A stretch of 64,000 bases of DNA, taken from NCBI GenBank assembly GCA_002104905.1, contig MCFE01000191.1, positions 73,083-137,082 of the forward strand, written 5' to 3'. Position 1 is the stretch's first letter, and each line of letters starts with the position of its first letter. Below the pieces are notes generated by a model. It searched no databases. It worked only from the letters and a program-made list of their open reading frames with translations, and was not told where the DNA came from. Of this stretch, positions 25,407 through 39,439 are shown in pieces. The DNA is from Basidiobolus meristosporus CBS 931.73. Lineage: Eukaryota; Fungi; Basidiobolomycota. A program made the translations under genes and the position numbers.

Positions 25407-25629
25407 GGCCTCTTGATGGCATCCTCACAGTAATTTTTAATGGGGTCAGTTAATTAATGCAAAGTTGGGCTGGATACAACAAGCAACTATCTTCTATTAG
25501 GAAAACTCTACCAAGGTATGCCAGACTTCTCTTGGCCACAAGCCAATTTCTATTTCATTCAATACAGAACTTACACAAACAAGAGTCAGAATGCACCCAT
25601 AATGGGGACTACAACCTAGCAGGGAAAAG

Positions 25630-25989
25630 GAGTATATTGGCTAAGTACCAAATGGTTCTTAGCAGATATTTGGGAGGTATTTGTGGCAGAAGTGGAAGCA
25701 ACCAAGCAAATATTTGTGAGATGTATATTTTACCAGCAATACAAGGTGTATGGTAACTTTGCAGGCATTACACTACAAAGCCATAATGTTGAGGTTATAA
25801 AAATATGTCAATTGTTGCAGGTGTCTGTGTTTGTAGAAGTTAATAAGCAGGAGGCCATAGTTTTTTTGAATAGAACTATCTGTTGAATACACAAGGCAGT
25901 AGTGGGTAAGCAATCAAAGAGGTGTGATTCAATAGTGGAATATATGAATTGTGCAGGGGAGGTAGAAAAAGGATATACCATCTGGTAGA
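25630..25989 (+). repeat. Unclassified repeat family H (host of copia A3; continues after 30672)
   Basis: Collinear with 47680-48070, which shows the empty insertion site. Confidence 0.65.
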
Positions 25990-26338
25990 TGTTTTAAAAA
26001 TTTGTATTTCCACCTAAATATTCACCTAACTTAGTCACTTAGATCATCATCTTCAAATCCTAGAGAATACTGACCTAATTCCTTGTCGGGATTTACTTAG
26101 AATATTTTCACCAAAATACCAGGTACCCAGAACATGATAATTCTCAAAGTTGTCCAAACAGCCCCAAACTTTGCACACATGTTCTTGGGACCTTCCTTAA
26201 CCTATTCTACGTGTTTGTAATGCCAAGACCAGGTAAAAGTATAAATACTACTTTTACATTCAATAAATCATTAAGTGAAATCCACATAATCTACTTGCTC
26301 TCCAAATCACTTCCAATATCTCCAAGACTCTTACAACA

Positions 26339-26350
26339 GGTTATGAGCCC
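26339..26350 (+). promoter_or_regulatory. Primer-binding site of the half-tRNAiMet (copia/Ty5) type
   Basis: GGTTATGAGCCC directly abuts the LTR CA. The same motif occurs reversed at 38203-38214. Confidence 0.85.
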
Positions 26351-29300
26351 CAAGCTGTCACTCTCTGCAATGTCTACTACTGCTATTACTGGAATTTTTC
26401 CCTCTGCTGAAAAGTTGGATGGCTCTAACTACCAAGTGTGGAAGGTGAAGATGAAGATGCTGCTACAAGAAAGAGGCCTTTGGGATATTGTCATGGGAGA
26501 AGAATGCCCTCCTAAAAACGTGGGAGAGGAAGCCTTAAAGTACCAGAAGAAAGAACAAAGTGCCTTTAACTGCATTTGCCTTAATGTCAAGGACAAATTG
26601 CTAATTCAATGCTCAAGACCAAAAATGGCAAAGAATGCCTGGAAGGCATTAGAAGACACCTACCAGTCATGTTCAGCTGCCAAGAAAATGTATCTGAGAA
26701 GAAAATTCTTTACTACAAAGATGCTGCCAGGAGATGAAATGAAAAATCTAATTAACAGAATTACCCTGCTGGTAGATGAGATGGAATCTGTGGGCATTCC
26801 AACTACTGATGAGGATGTCATAGTTACCATCCTGAATAGCCTGACAGACAAGTTTCAGGGCCTTGTATCAGCCCTAGAGTCCAGAACTGAAGATTTGACC
26901 TTAAATTACGTATATGGAAGGCTCCTGGATGAAGAATTAAGAAAATCAAGCGCCAATAAGAAGGAAGAAGAAATGCTTTAATAAGCAGTGATAACCAACA
27001 AAGGAGGTACCCAAGACCCTACAAAGGCAACAGCAACCTATTTTGCAACTACTGCAAAAGGAAAGGACACACATCAGACCGGTGTCTCAAAAAGAGAGAT
27101 TATTGGCAAAAGAAGCCTGAATATGGAAATACTGCAACAACTGAAGATAGACTACTCATACCTGCACTAAATATGACCACAAACAAGGATTCTCAGACAT
27201 GGTATATTGACTCAGGAGCTTTTCAACACTTTACACACCAAAAAGAACTTTTTACCCAATATCAAGAAATTCCAATTATGAAGGTTTTCATGGGTGACAA
27301 TAGAATCCTTGATGCAGTGGGAGAAGGAACTATCCAAGTAAACCTTAGAAGCAGTGAAGGCAGCCATACACTGACCTTGAAAGAAGTACTCTATGTACCA
27401 GAAATAGCCAAGAACCTACTCTCTGTAAGCAAGGCCACAGCAGAAGGACTCAGTTTCAGTTTTGACAATTCTGGATGCAGGATCACTGATCAAAATGGTG
27501 CTCATATTGCTTTGGGCATCAGAGATCAGAATCTATACAAGTTGACTTATATACCATCATATTTGGAAGCCAATATAAGTAACTTAAATGAAAATATACC
27601 AATGCTTTGGCACAGGAGATTTGGGCACATCAGTTTTGATTATTTGCGCAAAATGATCAAAGATCAGCAAATTTTTGGAGTGAAAATTGATCCTCCAGCT
27701 AATTTGGAGCACTGTGAAGCCTGCATATATGGGAAACAAGCCAGACAACCGTTCAAGAGCTCTGGGTTAATCAAATCTAAGAAAAAATTAGATCTAATTC
27801 ACTCAGATCTGTGTGGACCTATGCAAAATTTATCCTTAGGCGGGATGAAGTATTTGATCACTTTTATTGATGATTATACAAGATACACATGGGTCTACTT
27901 CATGGAGAGAAAGGAAGAAGCTCTGTCTAAGCTCAAGGAGTTTAAAGCCATGGTAGAGAGAGAAACTAGTGAAAAAATCAAGAAAATACGCTCTGACAAT
28001 GGTGGAGAATATACCTCAAAACTCTTCATCCACTTCTGCAAAATTCATGGGATAAAGCAAGAGACTACTGTACCATACTCCCCACAGCAAAATGAAGTAG
28101 CAGAACAAGCTAACAGATCAATAATTGATATGGCAAGATCTATGATCCATGATCAAAAATTATCTTATGATTTTTGGGCAGAATCAGTTGCCACTGCTGT
28201 ATATCTTAAAAATAGGAGTTATAACAGAATACTTTGTGATTCTACTCCATTTGAAGCATGTAATGGATACAGACCAAGCGCAGAACATCTAAGAATATTT
28301 GGGTGTACAGCATATGCCAAAAAACTGGCCGGAAATCAGTCAAAATTTGAGCCAAAAAGTGTAAAATGCATATTTTTGGGCTACTGCAATGAGAGTAAGG
28401 CATACAGACTCTACAATACCAAAGCAAAGAAGCTGATCAAGTCCAGGGGTGTGTTGTTTGATGAAATTCAAAATTTTCACAAAAAATGAAGTCAGATGAT
28501 GACAAAAATTTGATTGCAAGTCCACCAATTGTCAGGATTGAATCAGAGCAAAACAGTGAAAATTTTTTCACTCCAGAGGACTCTACAACCATGGTTCAGC
28601 CAGAATCAGTGCCCAGGAATATCCCAGAAGTGATCATTGCAGTATCAAATGCCCGGAGATCCAATCGGACAAGAAATAGCCCAAATTACTATATCAATGA
28701 GGGTACAAACTTAGCCTATGCCTATTCAGTCCATATTGATGAACCCCAGTCTGTAAAAGAGGCCCTAAATAGCCCTCAGACAAAGTTTTGGAGATCTGCA
28801 ATGGCTGAGGAATATCAGGCCCTGATGGAAAATCAAACTTGGGACTTAGTCAAATTACTAATCAACCAAAAATCAATTGGATGCAGATGGGTCTTCAAGA
28901 CAAAATACAAGGCTGATGGCACAATTGAAAGATACAAAGCAAGACTTGTAGCCAAAGGATACTCTCAAACAAATGGACTTGACTATACTGAGACCTTTGC
29001 ACCGGTAGCCAAGTTTAATTCCATCAGATTAATATTGGCTATTGCAGCTAAATATAAGTTTTTTATTCATCAAATGGATGTAAAAACTGCATTTTTGAAT
29101 GGAAAACTTGATGAGGACGTGTATATGGACCAGCCTGATGGGTTTATTGACCAAGATAACCCCCATTTTGTCTGCAAGCTTAAAAAGTCACTATATGGTC
29201 TCAAACAATCACCAAGAGCCTGGAATTGCAAGATAGATTCTCATTTGGAATCTTTGCGTTTCAACAGGAGTAATGCTGACTATAGTATATACTATAAGCC

Positions 29301-30313
29301 AGATAGAGCAAATCCAGTTCTATTAGCTCTATATGTGGATGATCTTATTATAGCCACCAATAACCTAGAAACATATGGAAGAGACTAAATCCAGCCTATC
29401 CAAGGAGTTCAAGATGTCCAATCTAGGAGAACTTAGTTACTACTTAGGGACTAGGTTCTCCATAGACAGAAGTATCCAGACTATCACCCTAAGCCAATCC
29501 AAGTATATTCAAGATATACTAAAGAAGTACAAAATGGAAGACTGTAAACCGGCAGCTACCCCAATGGAGACAAACATTAACTTGATCAAAACTCAACCCA
29601 ATCAAGAGAGCTTGGTGCCATCTGAAAGCCCTGACTTTCCTTATCAATCTATGGTTGGCATACTGATGTATATCATGCTTGGAACATGTCCAGATATCTC
29701 ATATTCAGTGGGAGTTGTCAGCCAACATAATCAGAACTATGGATCTGATCATATTGCAGCAGTTAAGTGGATTTTTAGATACCTAAAAGAAGCTGGTGAT
29801 ATCTGCTAAAGATACACTTATAAGGGTTTAGGACAGGATCTTGTGGGATACTCTGATGCTGGTTGGGGACACAATTTAGAAGACAGAAGTTCCACCACAG
29901 GATACACCTTTCTTTACTGTAAAGGAGTAATTTCATGGAATTCAAGAAAGCAACCAACCATAGCACTTTCCACCGCAGAGGCAGAGTATATGGCAGCCTG
30001 TGAAGCTACAAAGGAAGCAATGTGGCTAAGAAAGCTGCTTACAGATTTAGGCCTATGTCAAAAAACGCCTATTACTTTATTTGAAGATAATCAAGGATGT
30101 AAACAATTAGGTAGAAATCCAACTTTTCATGCTAGAACCAAGCACATAGATATTAGACAGCATTTCATACGTGAAGCTATAGAGAATAACTTAGTTAGCT
30201 TAGTTTACTGTCCCACAGATGAAATGATTGCAGACATATTTACCAAACCATTAGCTAGAGACAAGTTTGAATATCTTAGGTCAAAATTAGGACTAGTCAG
30301 TATGAACATTTAG
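26343..30313 (+). pseudogene. gag-pol: Copia gag-pol polyprotein (gag-PR-INT-RT-RH), with three frameshifts and one stop
   Basis: LDGSNYQVW; CNYCKRKGHTSDRC after the shift at ~26975; WYIDSGA; LWHRRFGH...CEAC; IHSDL, SDNGGEY; YKARLVAKG, LYVDDL; GYSDA, TKHIDIR. Confidence 0.95.
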
Positions 30314-31697
30314 CTGAGTGGAAGTGTTGTAAAAATTTGTATTTCCACCTAAATATTCACCTAACTTAGTCACTTAGATCATCATCTTCAAATCCTAGAG
30401 AATACTGACCAAACTCCTTGTCAGGATTTACTTAGAATATTTTCACCAAAATACCAGGTACCCAGAACATGATAATTCTCAAAGTTGTCCAAACAGCCCC
30501 AAACTTTGCACACATGTTCTTGGGACCTTCCTTAGCCTATTCTACGTGTTTGAAATGCCAAGACCAGGTAAAAGTATAAATACTCTCTTACATTCAATAA
30601 ATCATTAAGTGAAAACCACATAATCTACTTGTTCTCCAAATCACTTCCAATATCTCCAAGACTCTTACAACAATAGATTGGTACAATGGCATTATACAGA
30701 ACTAGCTGTAGGTTACCTTACTGCCATGATAGTACCACTGGAGGCTCACAATGAGGCCATCAAAACACCATCATGTTATTTGCCATTTAAGGCAATTAGA
30801 TGTACTGGCTGGTTGAATCCACTCATAGTTGTAGAGCACACTAAGACTGCAACAATTCCATGCCACCCTTGGTAAAATAGTGCCCAAACACTGTTATGGT
30901 TTTTAATTTATTTGGCAGTAAGTGAGAGTATTGGCAGTGAACCCACACCCTGGATACTTATATATCATCTATGATACCAGTGCAGCTATTTAATCTCTCT
31001 TGCACCAACACAATCCATTGTGTGCTAACTATGACACCTAGTCCAATTGCTAAGATCAGGGATTTAGTTGCCCAATGGGCAAAATGGGATATTTGATTGC
31101 AATTCAGGCAGCTTGTGTATTGGTCATTGAGCTAATTGTGGGCTCACAGATTCAAGATACTTTTAGACCAATTAAGCACTGACATATTGTCCAATTGGAG
31201 TGATGGTGACCAAAATGCTATGTATCATTGTAGTTTGTTGTGTGATATGCATTTATTTCCATTTACAGTAAAGAAACATATCCATATACCAAATTTTCCC
31301 TGCCATAATAGTGGTGTCTGATTGTGCACGTGATGCAAGCACTTGAGTTGACACAATCATCTGCTCCAACCTCATTGTGTCAGATTGTGCCATAGTATTG
31401 AGGATTGTCCCATATTGTGCAAAATTGGCCCAGAGCAATCTGGCATACTTGTAGCCATAGTAATATGCCCAATTGTTCCTAACAGCCAAGGACTGCACTG
31501 CACACCCTGGCATAGTAGAATTGAACAAGCTCAATATAAAAGTAAATAAGTTGACCAAAGCCGGAGATATGAAAGCATGTGAAAAAAGTTGCAGTTCTCG
31601 CTAACTAACACCAGCATTGCAGACCAGGCATAGCCCTTTAATAGCCAGGAAATGTAATTTACAAGGCAACAGCTGTCTTCACAAGAGCTGGCAGCTT

Positions 31698-32755
31698 TAT
31701 GGTGGTGTCAACGTCTAAGGGAGAGATATATCCAACACTTCTGAGGTTTTTTGTGTGAGGAGTGTTCACTGGGTCCATTAACCTCTCTCAAAGCTTGCTA
31801 GGAGTACTTGGATTTGTCCCTACTTTAATATCAAGGGAGCAAAGCCACAAGCTTGTTAAGGGAGAAATACAGAGCTACAATACTCAACTTGATTAGTATC
31901 TAAATACAAGTATGTGCTGTGTTCAGCATCCTTTGAGATGACAATGTTCTAATGCTTCCCAAGTCAAATCAACTACAAGCTCTACCAGCAAGGACTTGAT
32001 AAGAAGGCAGGTGTGGTCAATAATTGTAAAGACAGAAAAATATCTTTGCCTATACAAGAACTAACTTGGAGAAGAATAAAATTATCAAAATCTACTTACT
32101 CTGAATATTCCTCAAAAGTAGTGCCTCCAAGATCAATAGGTATCAGTGCAGCTTCCAGGGAGCGGCCTGTGGTCTGTGATTGAGAGCTCAGGCAGCATCA
32201 AGTAGCAGTAATCACACTAATCAAGGACTGGTATATTGATGAAAGGGATGATGATTTATTGTTAAGGGATTGGCCCACTTATATGCTTTCCTTACTAGCC
32301 AAGTGATTACTAGTCATGGTGCTCTAAAAGGTTCCAGAGGCCAAGCAGAGGTCTTACAGACATCTGAATAAACTAACAGTGAAAGTAGATGCTAGAAGGT
32401 TTTAAGAGGCACAGTATATCTAACTAAACAGGAAGCAATTTTCTATAACCTGCATAACATACAGATATGATATGGGATGAAAATGGTAGCAATGGTAATA
32501 TGGTTTGGTCATATATCACAGGTACGGCATGGAAACTTGCCTAATATTGGCGCACCTACATCTAGTAATCTACATGAAGTGAGAATTTTCTTATGCAATA
32601 GAATAAGCAGGTGTCATAGATAGCCAGCTGATAGAGTACTACTGATTAGATAAGACAAAGAGGATAAACTAAAAAGAGCGTGGTAGAAAAATAAGGAAGT
32701 AGAAAATGTGGGAATGTGCACTTATGTCTGTGGGTGTCACCCTGACCCCACTACA
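31698..32755 (-). mobile_element. Family C solo LTR, reverse orientation
   Basis: Reverse complement of 41221-42271. Flanks gctt/gtgc do not form a TSD. Confidence 0.85.
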
Positions 32756-32796
32756 GTGCAGCTGGCTTAGGCACACTCCAGTGTTGTAGATGGGCT

Positions 32797-35700
32797 TGTT
32801 GTAAGAGTCTTGGAGATATTGGAAGTGATTGGGGGAACAAGTAGATTATGTGGTTTTCACTTAATGATTTATTAAATGCAAAAGTAGTATTTATACTTTT
32901 ACATAGTCTTGACGTTACAAACACATAGAATAAGTTAAGGAAGGTCCCAAAAACATGTCTGTAAAGTTTGGGGCTGTTTGAACAACTTTGAGAATTTTCA
33001 TGCTCTGGGCACCTGGTATTTTGGTGAAAATATTCTAAGTAAATCCTGACAAGGAGTTTGGTCAGTATTCTCTAGGATATGAAGATAATGATCTAAGTAA
33101 CTAAGTCAGGTGTATATTTAGGTGGAAATACAAGTTTTTACAACACTCCTGCTCAGCTAAATGCTCATACTGACTAGTCCTAATTTTGACCTAAGATATT
33201 CAAACGTATCTCTAGCTAATGGTTTGGTAAATATGTCTGCAATCATTTCATCTGTGGGACAGTAAACTAAGCTAACTAAGTTATTCTCTATAGCTTCACG
33301 TATGAAATGCTGTCTAATATCTATGTGCTTGGTTCTAGCATGAAAAGTTGGATTTCTACCTAATTGTTTACATCCTTGATTATCTTCAAATAAAGTAATA
33401 GGTGTATTTTGACAAAGACCTAAATCTGTAAAAAGTTTTCTGAACCACATTGCTTCTTTTGTAGCTTCACAGGCTGCCATACACTTTGCCTCTGTGGTGG
33501 AAAGTGCTATGACTGGTTGCTTTCTTGAATTCCATGAAATTACTCCTTTACAGTAAAGAAAGGTGTATCCTGTGGTGGATCTTCTGTCTTCCAAATTTTG
33601 TCCCCAACCAGCATCAGAGTATCCCACAAAATCCTGTTCTGAATCCTTATAAGTGTATCTTAAGCAGATATCACCAGCTCCTTTTAGGTATCTAAAAATC
33701 CACTTAACTGCTGCAATATGATCAGATCCATAGTTCTGATTATGTTGGCTGACAACTCCCACTGAATATGAGATATCTGGACATGTTCCAAGCATGATAT
33801 ACATCAGTATGCCAACCATAGATTGATAAGGAAAGTCAGGGCTTTCAGATGCCACCAAGCTCTCTTGACTTGGTCAAGTTTTGACCAAGTTAATGTTTGT
33901 CTCAATTGGGGTAGCTGCTGGTTTACAGTCTTCCATTTTATACTACTTTAGTATATCTTTAATATACTTGCATTGGCTTAGGGTAAAAGTCTGGGTACTT
34001 CTGTTTATCAAGAGCTTAATCCCTAGGTAGTAACTGAGTTATCCTAGATTGGACATCTTGAGCTCCTTAGATATGTTGGATTTTGTCTCTTCTGATGTTT
34101 CTATGTTGTTGGTGGCTATGATAAGATCATCCACATATAGAGCTAATAGAGCTAGATTTGCTCTATCTGGCTTATAGCATATACTATAGTCAGCATTACT
34201 CCTGTTGAAACGCAAAGATTCCAAATGAGAATCTATCTTGCAATTCCAGGCTCTTGGTGATTGTTTAAGACCATATAGTGACTTTTTAAGCTTGCAGACC
34301 AAATGGGGGTTATCTTGGTCAACAAGCCCCTCCGGCTGGTCTATATACACATTCTCATCAAGTTTTCCACTCAAAAATGCAGTTTTTACATCCATTTGAT
34401 GAATAAAAAACTTATATTTGGCTGCAATAGCCAATATTAATCTGATGGAATTAAACTTGGCTACTGATGCAAATGTCTCAGTATAGTCAAGTCCTTTTGT
34501 TTGAGAGTATCATTTGGCCACAAGTCTTGCTTTGTATCTTTTGATTGTACCATCAGCCTTGTATTTTGTCTTGAAGACCCATTGGCATCCAATTAATTTG
34601 TGGTTGATTGGTAATTTGACTAGTCCCAAGCTTGATTTCCCATCAGGGCCTGGTATTCCTTAGTCATTGCAGATCTCCAAAACTTTGTCTGAGGGCTATT
34701 TAGGGCCTCTTTTACAGTCTGGGGCTCATCAATATGAACTGATTAGGCATAGGCTAAGTTTGTACCCTCATTGATATAGTAATTTAGACTATTTCTTATC
34801 CAATTGGATCTCCAGACACTTGATACTGGAATGATCACCTCTGGGTTATTCCTGGGCACAGATTCTGGCTGAACCTTGGTTGTAGAGTCCTCTGGAGTGA
34901 ACAAAATTTCATTGTTTTGCTCTGATTCAATCATGACAATTGGTGGATTTGAGATCAGATTTTTGTCATCATCTGATGTCATTCTTTGTTAAATATTTTG
35001 AAATTTCATCAAACAACACATCCCTCAACTTGATTATTGTCTTCGCTTTGGTATTGTAGAGTATGTACACTTTACTCTCATTGCAGTAGCCCAAAAATAT
35101 GCATTTTACACTTATTGGCTCAAATTTTGACTGATTTCCGGCCAGTTTTTTGGCATATGCTGTACACCCAAATATTCTTAGATGTTCTGCACTTGGTCTG
35201 TATCCATGCCATGCTTCAAAGGGAGCAGAATCACAAAGTATCCTGTAATAACTCCAATTTTTAAGATATACAGCAGTGGCAACTGATTCTGCCCAAAAAT
35301 CATAGGATAATTTTTGATCATGGATCATAGATCTTGCCATATCATTTATTGATCTGTTAGCACGTTCTGCTACTCCGTTTTGCTGTAGAGAGTATGGTAC
35401 AGTAGTCTCTTGCTTTATCCCATGAGTTCTGCAGAAGTGGATGAAGAGTTTTGAGGCATATTCTCCACCATTGTCAGAGCATATTTTCTTAATTTTTTCA
35501 CCAGTTTCTCTCTCTACCATGGCTTTAAACTCCCTGAACTTAGACAGAGCTTTTTCCTTTCTCTCCATGAAGTAGACCCATGTGTATCTTGTATAATCAT
35601 CAACAAATGTGATTAAATACTACATCCTGCCTAAGGATAAATTTTGCATAAGTCCACACAGATCTGAGTGAATTAGACCTGTTTTTTTCTTAGTTTTGAT

Positions 35701-38564
35701 GAACCCAGAGCTCTTGAACAATTGTCTGGCTTGTTTCCCATATATGCAGGCTTCACTGTACTCCAATTAGCTGGGGGATCAATTTTTACTCCAGAAATTA
35801 GCTGATCTTTGATCATTTTAGGCAAATAATCAAAATTGATGTTACCAAATCTCCTGTGCCAAAGCATTGGTGTTTCTTCATTTAAGTTACTTATATTGGC
35901 TTCCAAATATAATGGAATATAAGTCAACTTGTATAGATTCTGATCTCTAATACCCCAAGCAATATGGGCACCATTTTGATCAGTGATCATGCATCCAAAT
36001 TTATCAAAGATGAAACTGAGTCCTTCTGTAGTGGCCTTGCTTACAGATAGTAGGTTCTTGGCTATTTCTGGTACATAGAGTACTTCTTTGAAAGTTAGTG
36101 TATGGCTTCCTTCACTGCTTCTTAGGTTTACTTGGATAGTTCCTTCTCCCACTGCATCAGGTGTTCTATTGTCACCCATGAAAACCTGCCTAATTGGAAT
36201 TTCTTGATATTGGGTAAAAAGTTCTTTTTGGTGTGTTCAGTGTTGAGATACTCCAGAGTCAATATACCATATCTGAGAATCCTTGTTTGTGGTCATATTT
36301 AGTGCAGGTATGAGTAGTCTATCTTCAGTTGTTGCAGCATTTCCATATTCAGGCATCTTTTGCTGATTATCTTTCCTTTTGAAGCACTGGTCTGATGTGT
36401 GTCCTTTCCTTTTGCAGTAGTTACAAAACAGGTTGCTGTTGCCTTTGTAGGGTCTTGAGTACCTCCTTTGTTGGTTATGGCTGCTTATTAAAGCATTTTC
36501 TTCTTCCTTCTTGTTGGCACTGTGGTGGGGTCACAGTGACACCCATTGGCAGGTGTGCTCATTCCCATATGTTCACTTCCCTAAAAAGGATTCCCCCCCT
36601 CCTATATTAGTATCATCCCAAATTGCAATATTTTCTATCTGTCTATGTGATTATTACTATGTGACCTGGCAACCTATTTGTTACTATTGACCCATTGCAC
36701 AAGCTATTCCTATTCCTTGCCATGATGCACAGATAAGATAGTTACCATATAAGGCAAGTACGCCAAACAGTGCCTATGTCATGTGACCATCCTGGTATCA
36801 TAACCCTCCTATCCTACTACCATATGAGGTAACTACATGACACAGAGGTTTCATATTACCACTATCTGATTGGCTAGTTGCTACTATGTCTCATGGAACA
36901 ATCCACCAAGAATTTGAGCTATTTTTAGTACACAATGACATGATGGATTGTGTACTACCTTCTGGAAACATCCAGAAAGTATTTCTAGCAAGAATTTCAG
37001 CAGCAAAAAAGCATATAGGGGAGAATATCCCTTATAATAAATCATCCCTCTTCCAATATTCCAACTTATTGATTAGTGAAATCACCACTGCCTATTACCA
37101 CTACTTTCTGACTCAGACCTGACAATACTCCCAGGAAACCACGCTGACAGCCAACTGACCTTGGTGGCACTACTTGTGAGGAATACTCAGAGTAGGTATA
37201 TTTTATTATATTTGATTGTTTTGACAAGTTTGTTCTTGTACAGGCAAAGATACTTTTCAGTCTTTGTAACCATTGGTCAAAGCTGCATTCTTATCAAGTC
37301 CCTGTTGGTGGAGTTTACAGTTGTTTTGACTTTGGAAGCATTAGTACACTGTCATTGCAAAGGACATTGAAGCCAGTATAAACTTTTGTTAAGACGCCAA
37401 CTAAGTTGGGGATTGTAATTCAATAGTTTTCCCTTGACAAGCTTGAGGCATTATCCCCCTTCACATTAGATTAGACAAAAGACCCAGTATTCCTAGCAAG
37501 CTTTTTCCAGAGGTTATTGCACCCAGTGAACACCCCACACACATTCACACTTTAGAAATGTTGGCCATATTTTGCCCTTTGGACTTATACACCACCGCAG
37601 CGCTTGATTTTCTTACTTCTTCATCCAGGAGCCTTCCATATATGTGATTTAAGGTCAAATTTTCAATTCTGGACTCTAGGGCTGATACAAGGCCTTGACA
37701 CTTGTCTGTCAGGCTATTCAGGATGGTAATTATCACATCCTCATCAGTAGTTGGTACACCCACAGATTCCATTTCATCTACCAGCAGGGTAATTCTGTTA
37801 ATTATATTTTTCATTTCTTCTCCTGGCAGAATCTTTGTAGTAAAGAATTTTTGTCTCAAAGACATTTTCTTAGCAGCTGAACATGACTGGTAGGTGTCTT
37901 CTAATGCCTTCCAGGCATTCTTTTCCATTTTTGCTCTTGAGCATTGAATTAGCAATTTGCCTTTAACATTAAGGCAAATGCAGTTGAAGGCACTTTGTTC
38001 TTTCTTCTGGTACTTTAAGGCTTCCTCCCCCACATCTTTAGGAGGGCATTCCTCTCCCATGACAATATCCCAAAGGCCTCTTTCTTGTAGCAGCATCTTC
38101 ATCTTCACCTTGCACACTTGGTAGTTAGATCCATCCAACTTTTCAGCAGAGGGAAAAATTCCAGTAATAGCAGTAGTAGACATTGCAGAGAGTGACAGCT
38201 TGGGGCTCATAACCTGTTGTAAGAGTCTTGGAGATATTGGAAATGATTGCAAGAACAAATAGATTATGTGGCTTTCCACTTAATGATTTATTGAATATAA
38301 AAGTAGTATTTATACTTTTACCTGGTCTTGGCATTACAAACACATAGAATAGGCTAAGGAAGGTCCCAAGAGCTTGTGTGCAAAGTTTGGGGCTGTTTGG
38401 ACAAGTTTGAGAATTTTCATGTTCTGGGTACCTGGTATTTTGGCAAAAATATTCTAAGTAAATCCTGACAAGGAATTTGGTCAGTATTTTCTAGGATATA
38501 AAGGTAATGATCGATGTGACTAAGTTAGGTGCATATTTAGGTGGAAATACAAATTTTTACAACA
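32797..38564 (-). mobile_element. Ty1/copia family A copy A4, full length with nested family C solo LTR
   Basis: LTRs 32797-33145 and 38215-38564; perfect 5-bp TSD GGGCT; PBS and PPT present. ORF remnants 33157-36179 and 37545-38279. Confidence 0.97.
36521..37599 (+). mobile_element. Family C (variant subfamily) solo LTR in copia gag
   Basis: TGTGGTGGGG...CACCGCA. Flanks gcac/gcgc give a 4-bp TSD GCGC with CpG decay. Copia gag resumes on both sides. Confidence 0.92.
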
Positions 38565-38599
38565 GGGCTTGCTAAGTAACGCAGTTTGCCTAGAACAGC

Positions 38600-39390
38600 C
38601 TTCATATTCTCAATTGAAGTGAGAATGGAGATACCACTGATAGACAAAGCAACAATGTCAAGAACTCAAAAGACCATTACAATGCCTACTGGGGAATCTT
38701 GGTAAAATAATAGGCATGCCAAAAGGTTGCCCTACTTCTTCAAGACCAGTGCTCAAGAAAATACACTTGAATATTGTAAGTGTTTACTTCAAAGACTGGT
38801 AGATGATGTGATAGACCTTGCTGTGCTGGCTGAATACCAGGAATTATGACAACCAGTGAATGAACAATGACATAAAGCTTTGAGTTTTTGCCAAAGTAAT
38901 GGCAAAAGGGCATTAGAGTCAGAGTACTTATCAAATGGTGGATCTGAATGGAGAACTTGTTACATATAGGGCTGGGCTTAATGTCATTGCTGGGTATAGG
39001 GACTTCTAGAGGTCAGTACAACTGGCCATGGAGTTACAACTAAATCTTTAGTGGAAGTAAGCCAGTTATATGCATAAGAAGTAATATAATAGGTTGAGTT
39101 AGGAAGCCATGAGTATGGAAAAGAGGCAATAGCCCAACAATGTTCATAAATGTAGGAGGTCAGCTTCCAGGATTATAAAGTGAGAGAATTGGTAGTGAAC
39201 CAATTAAATCCACATGTGTGCTTTTGTGATAAAAAACTTTCACCAATTTCCTGTAAAAACTAAGTAACACTTTGTTCAAGATTGTGTTTGAGTTTTTTAT
39301 GGAATCTAGGGTGTGATTTTTTTTTACAGTCCTTGCACAGTGTCCTGATGGGCTCACCATTTTATAGTTGCAGGATTCAGTTTTGTGACA
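38600..39390 (-). repeat. Family E LTR-like fragment
   Basis: Collinear with 24700-25400 and ends ...ttttgtgaca. Confidence 0.65.
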
Positions 39391-39439
39391 GCCTTATTAT
39401 AGGATCATCACAGTTATTTTCATTGGGAGTTTTCAAGTG

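Larger units (their letters stand above)
25990..30672 (+). mobile_element. Ty1/copia family A copy A3, full length (4.68 kb)
   Basis: LTRs 25990-26338 and 30325-30672 (about 10 differences). PBS GGTTATGAGCCC at 26339-26350, PPT gctgagtggaag at 30313-30324. TSD gtaga/ataga, supported by the empty site gtaga at 48038-48042. Confidence 0.97.

Noticed and set aside
26211-26342. N-terminal gag extension starting inside the LTR
   Set aside because: The start is GTG in the LTR and the frame is broken in copy A4; the ATG at 26343 is more plausible.
31253-31558. 101-aa ORF with a hydrophobic N-terminus as a host secreted protein
   Set aside because: It has a non-ATG start call, no recognisable domain or gene structure, and sits among repeat debris.
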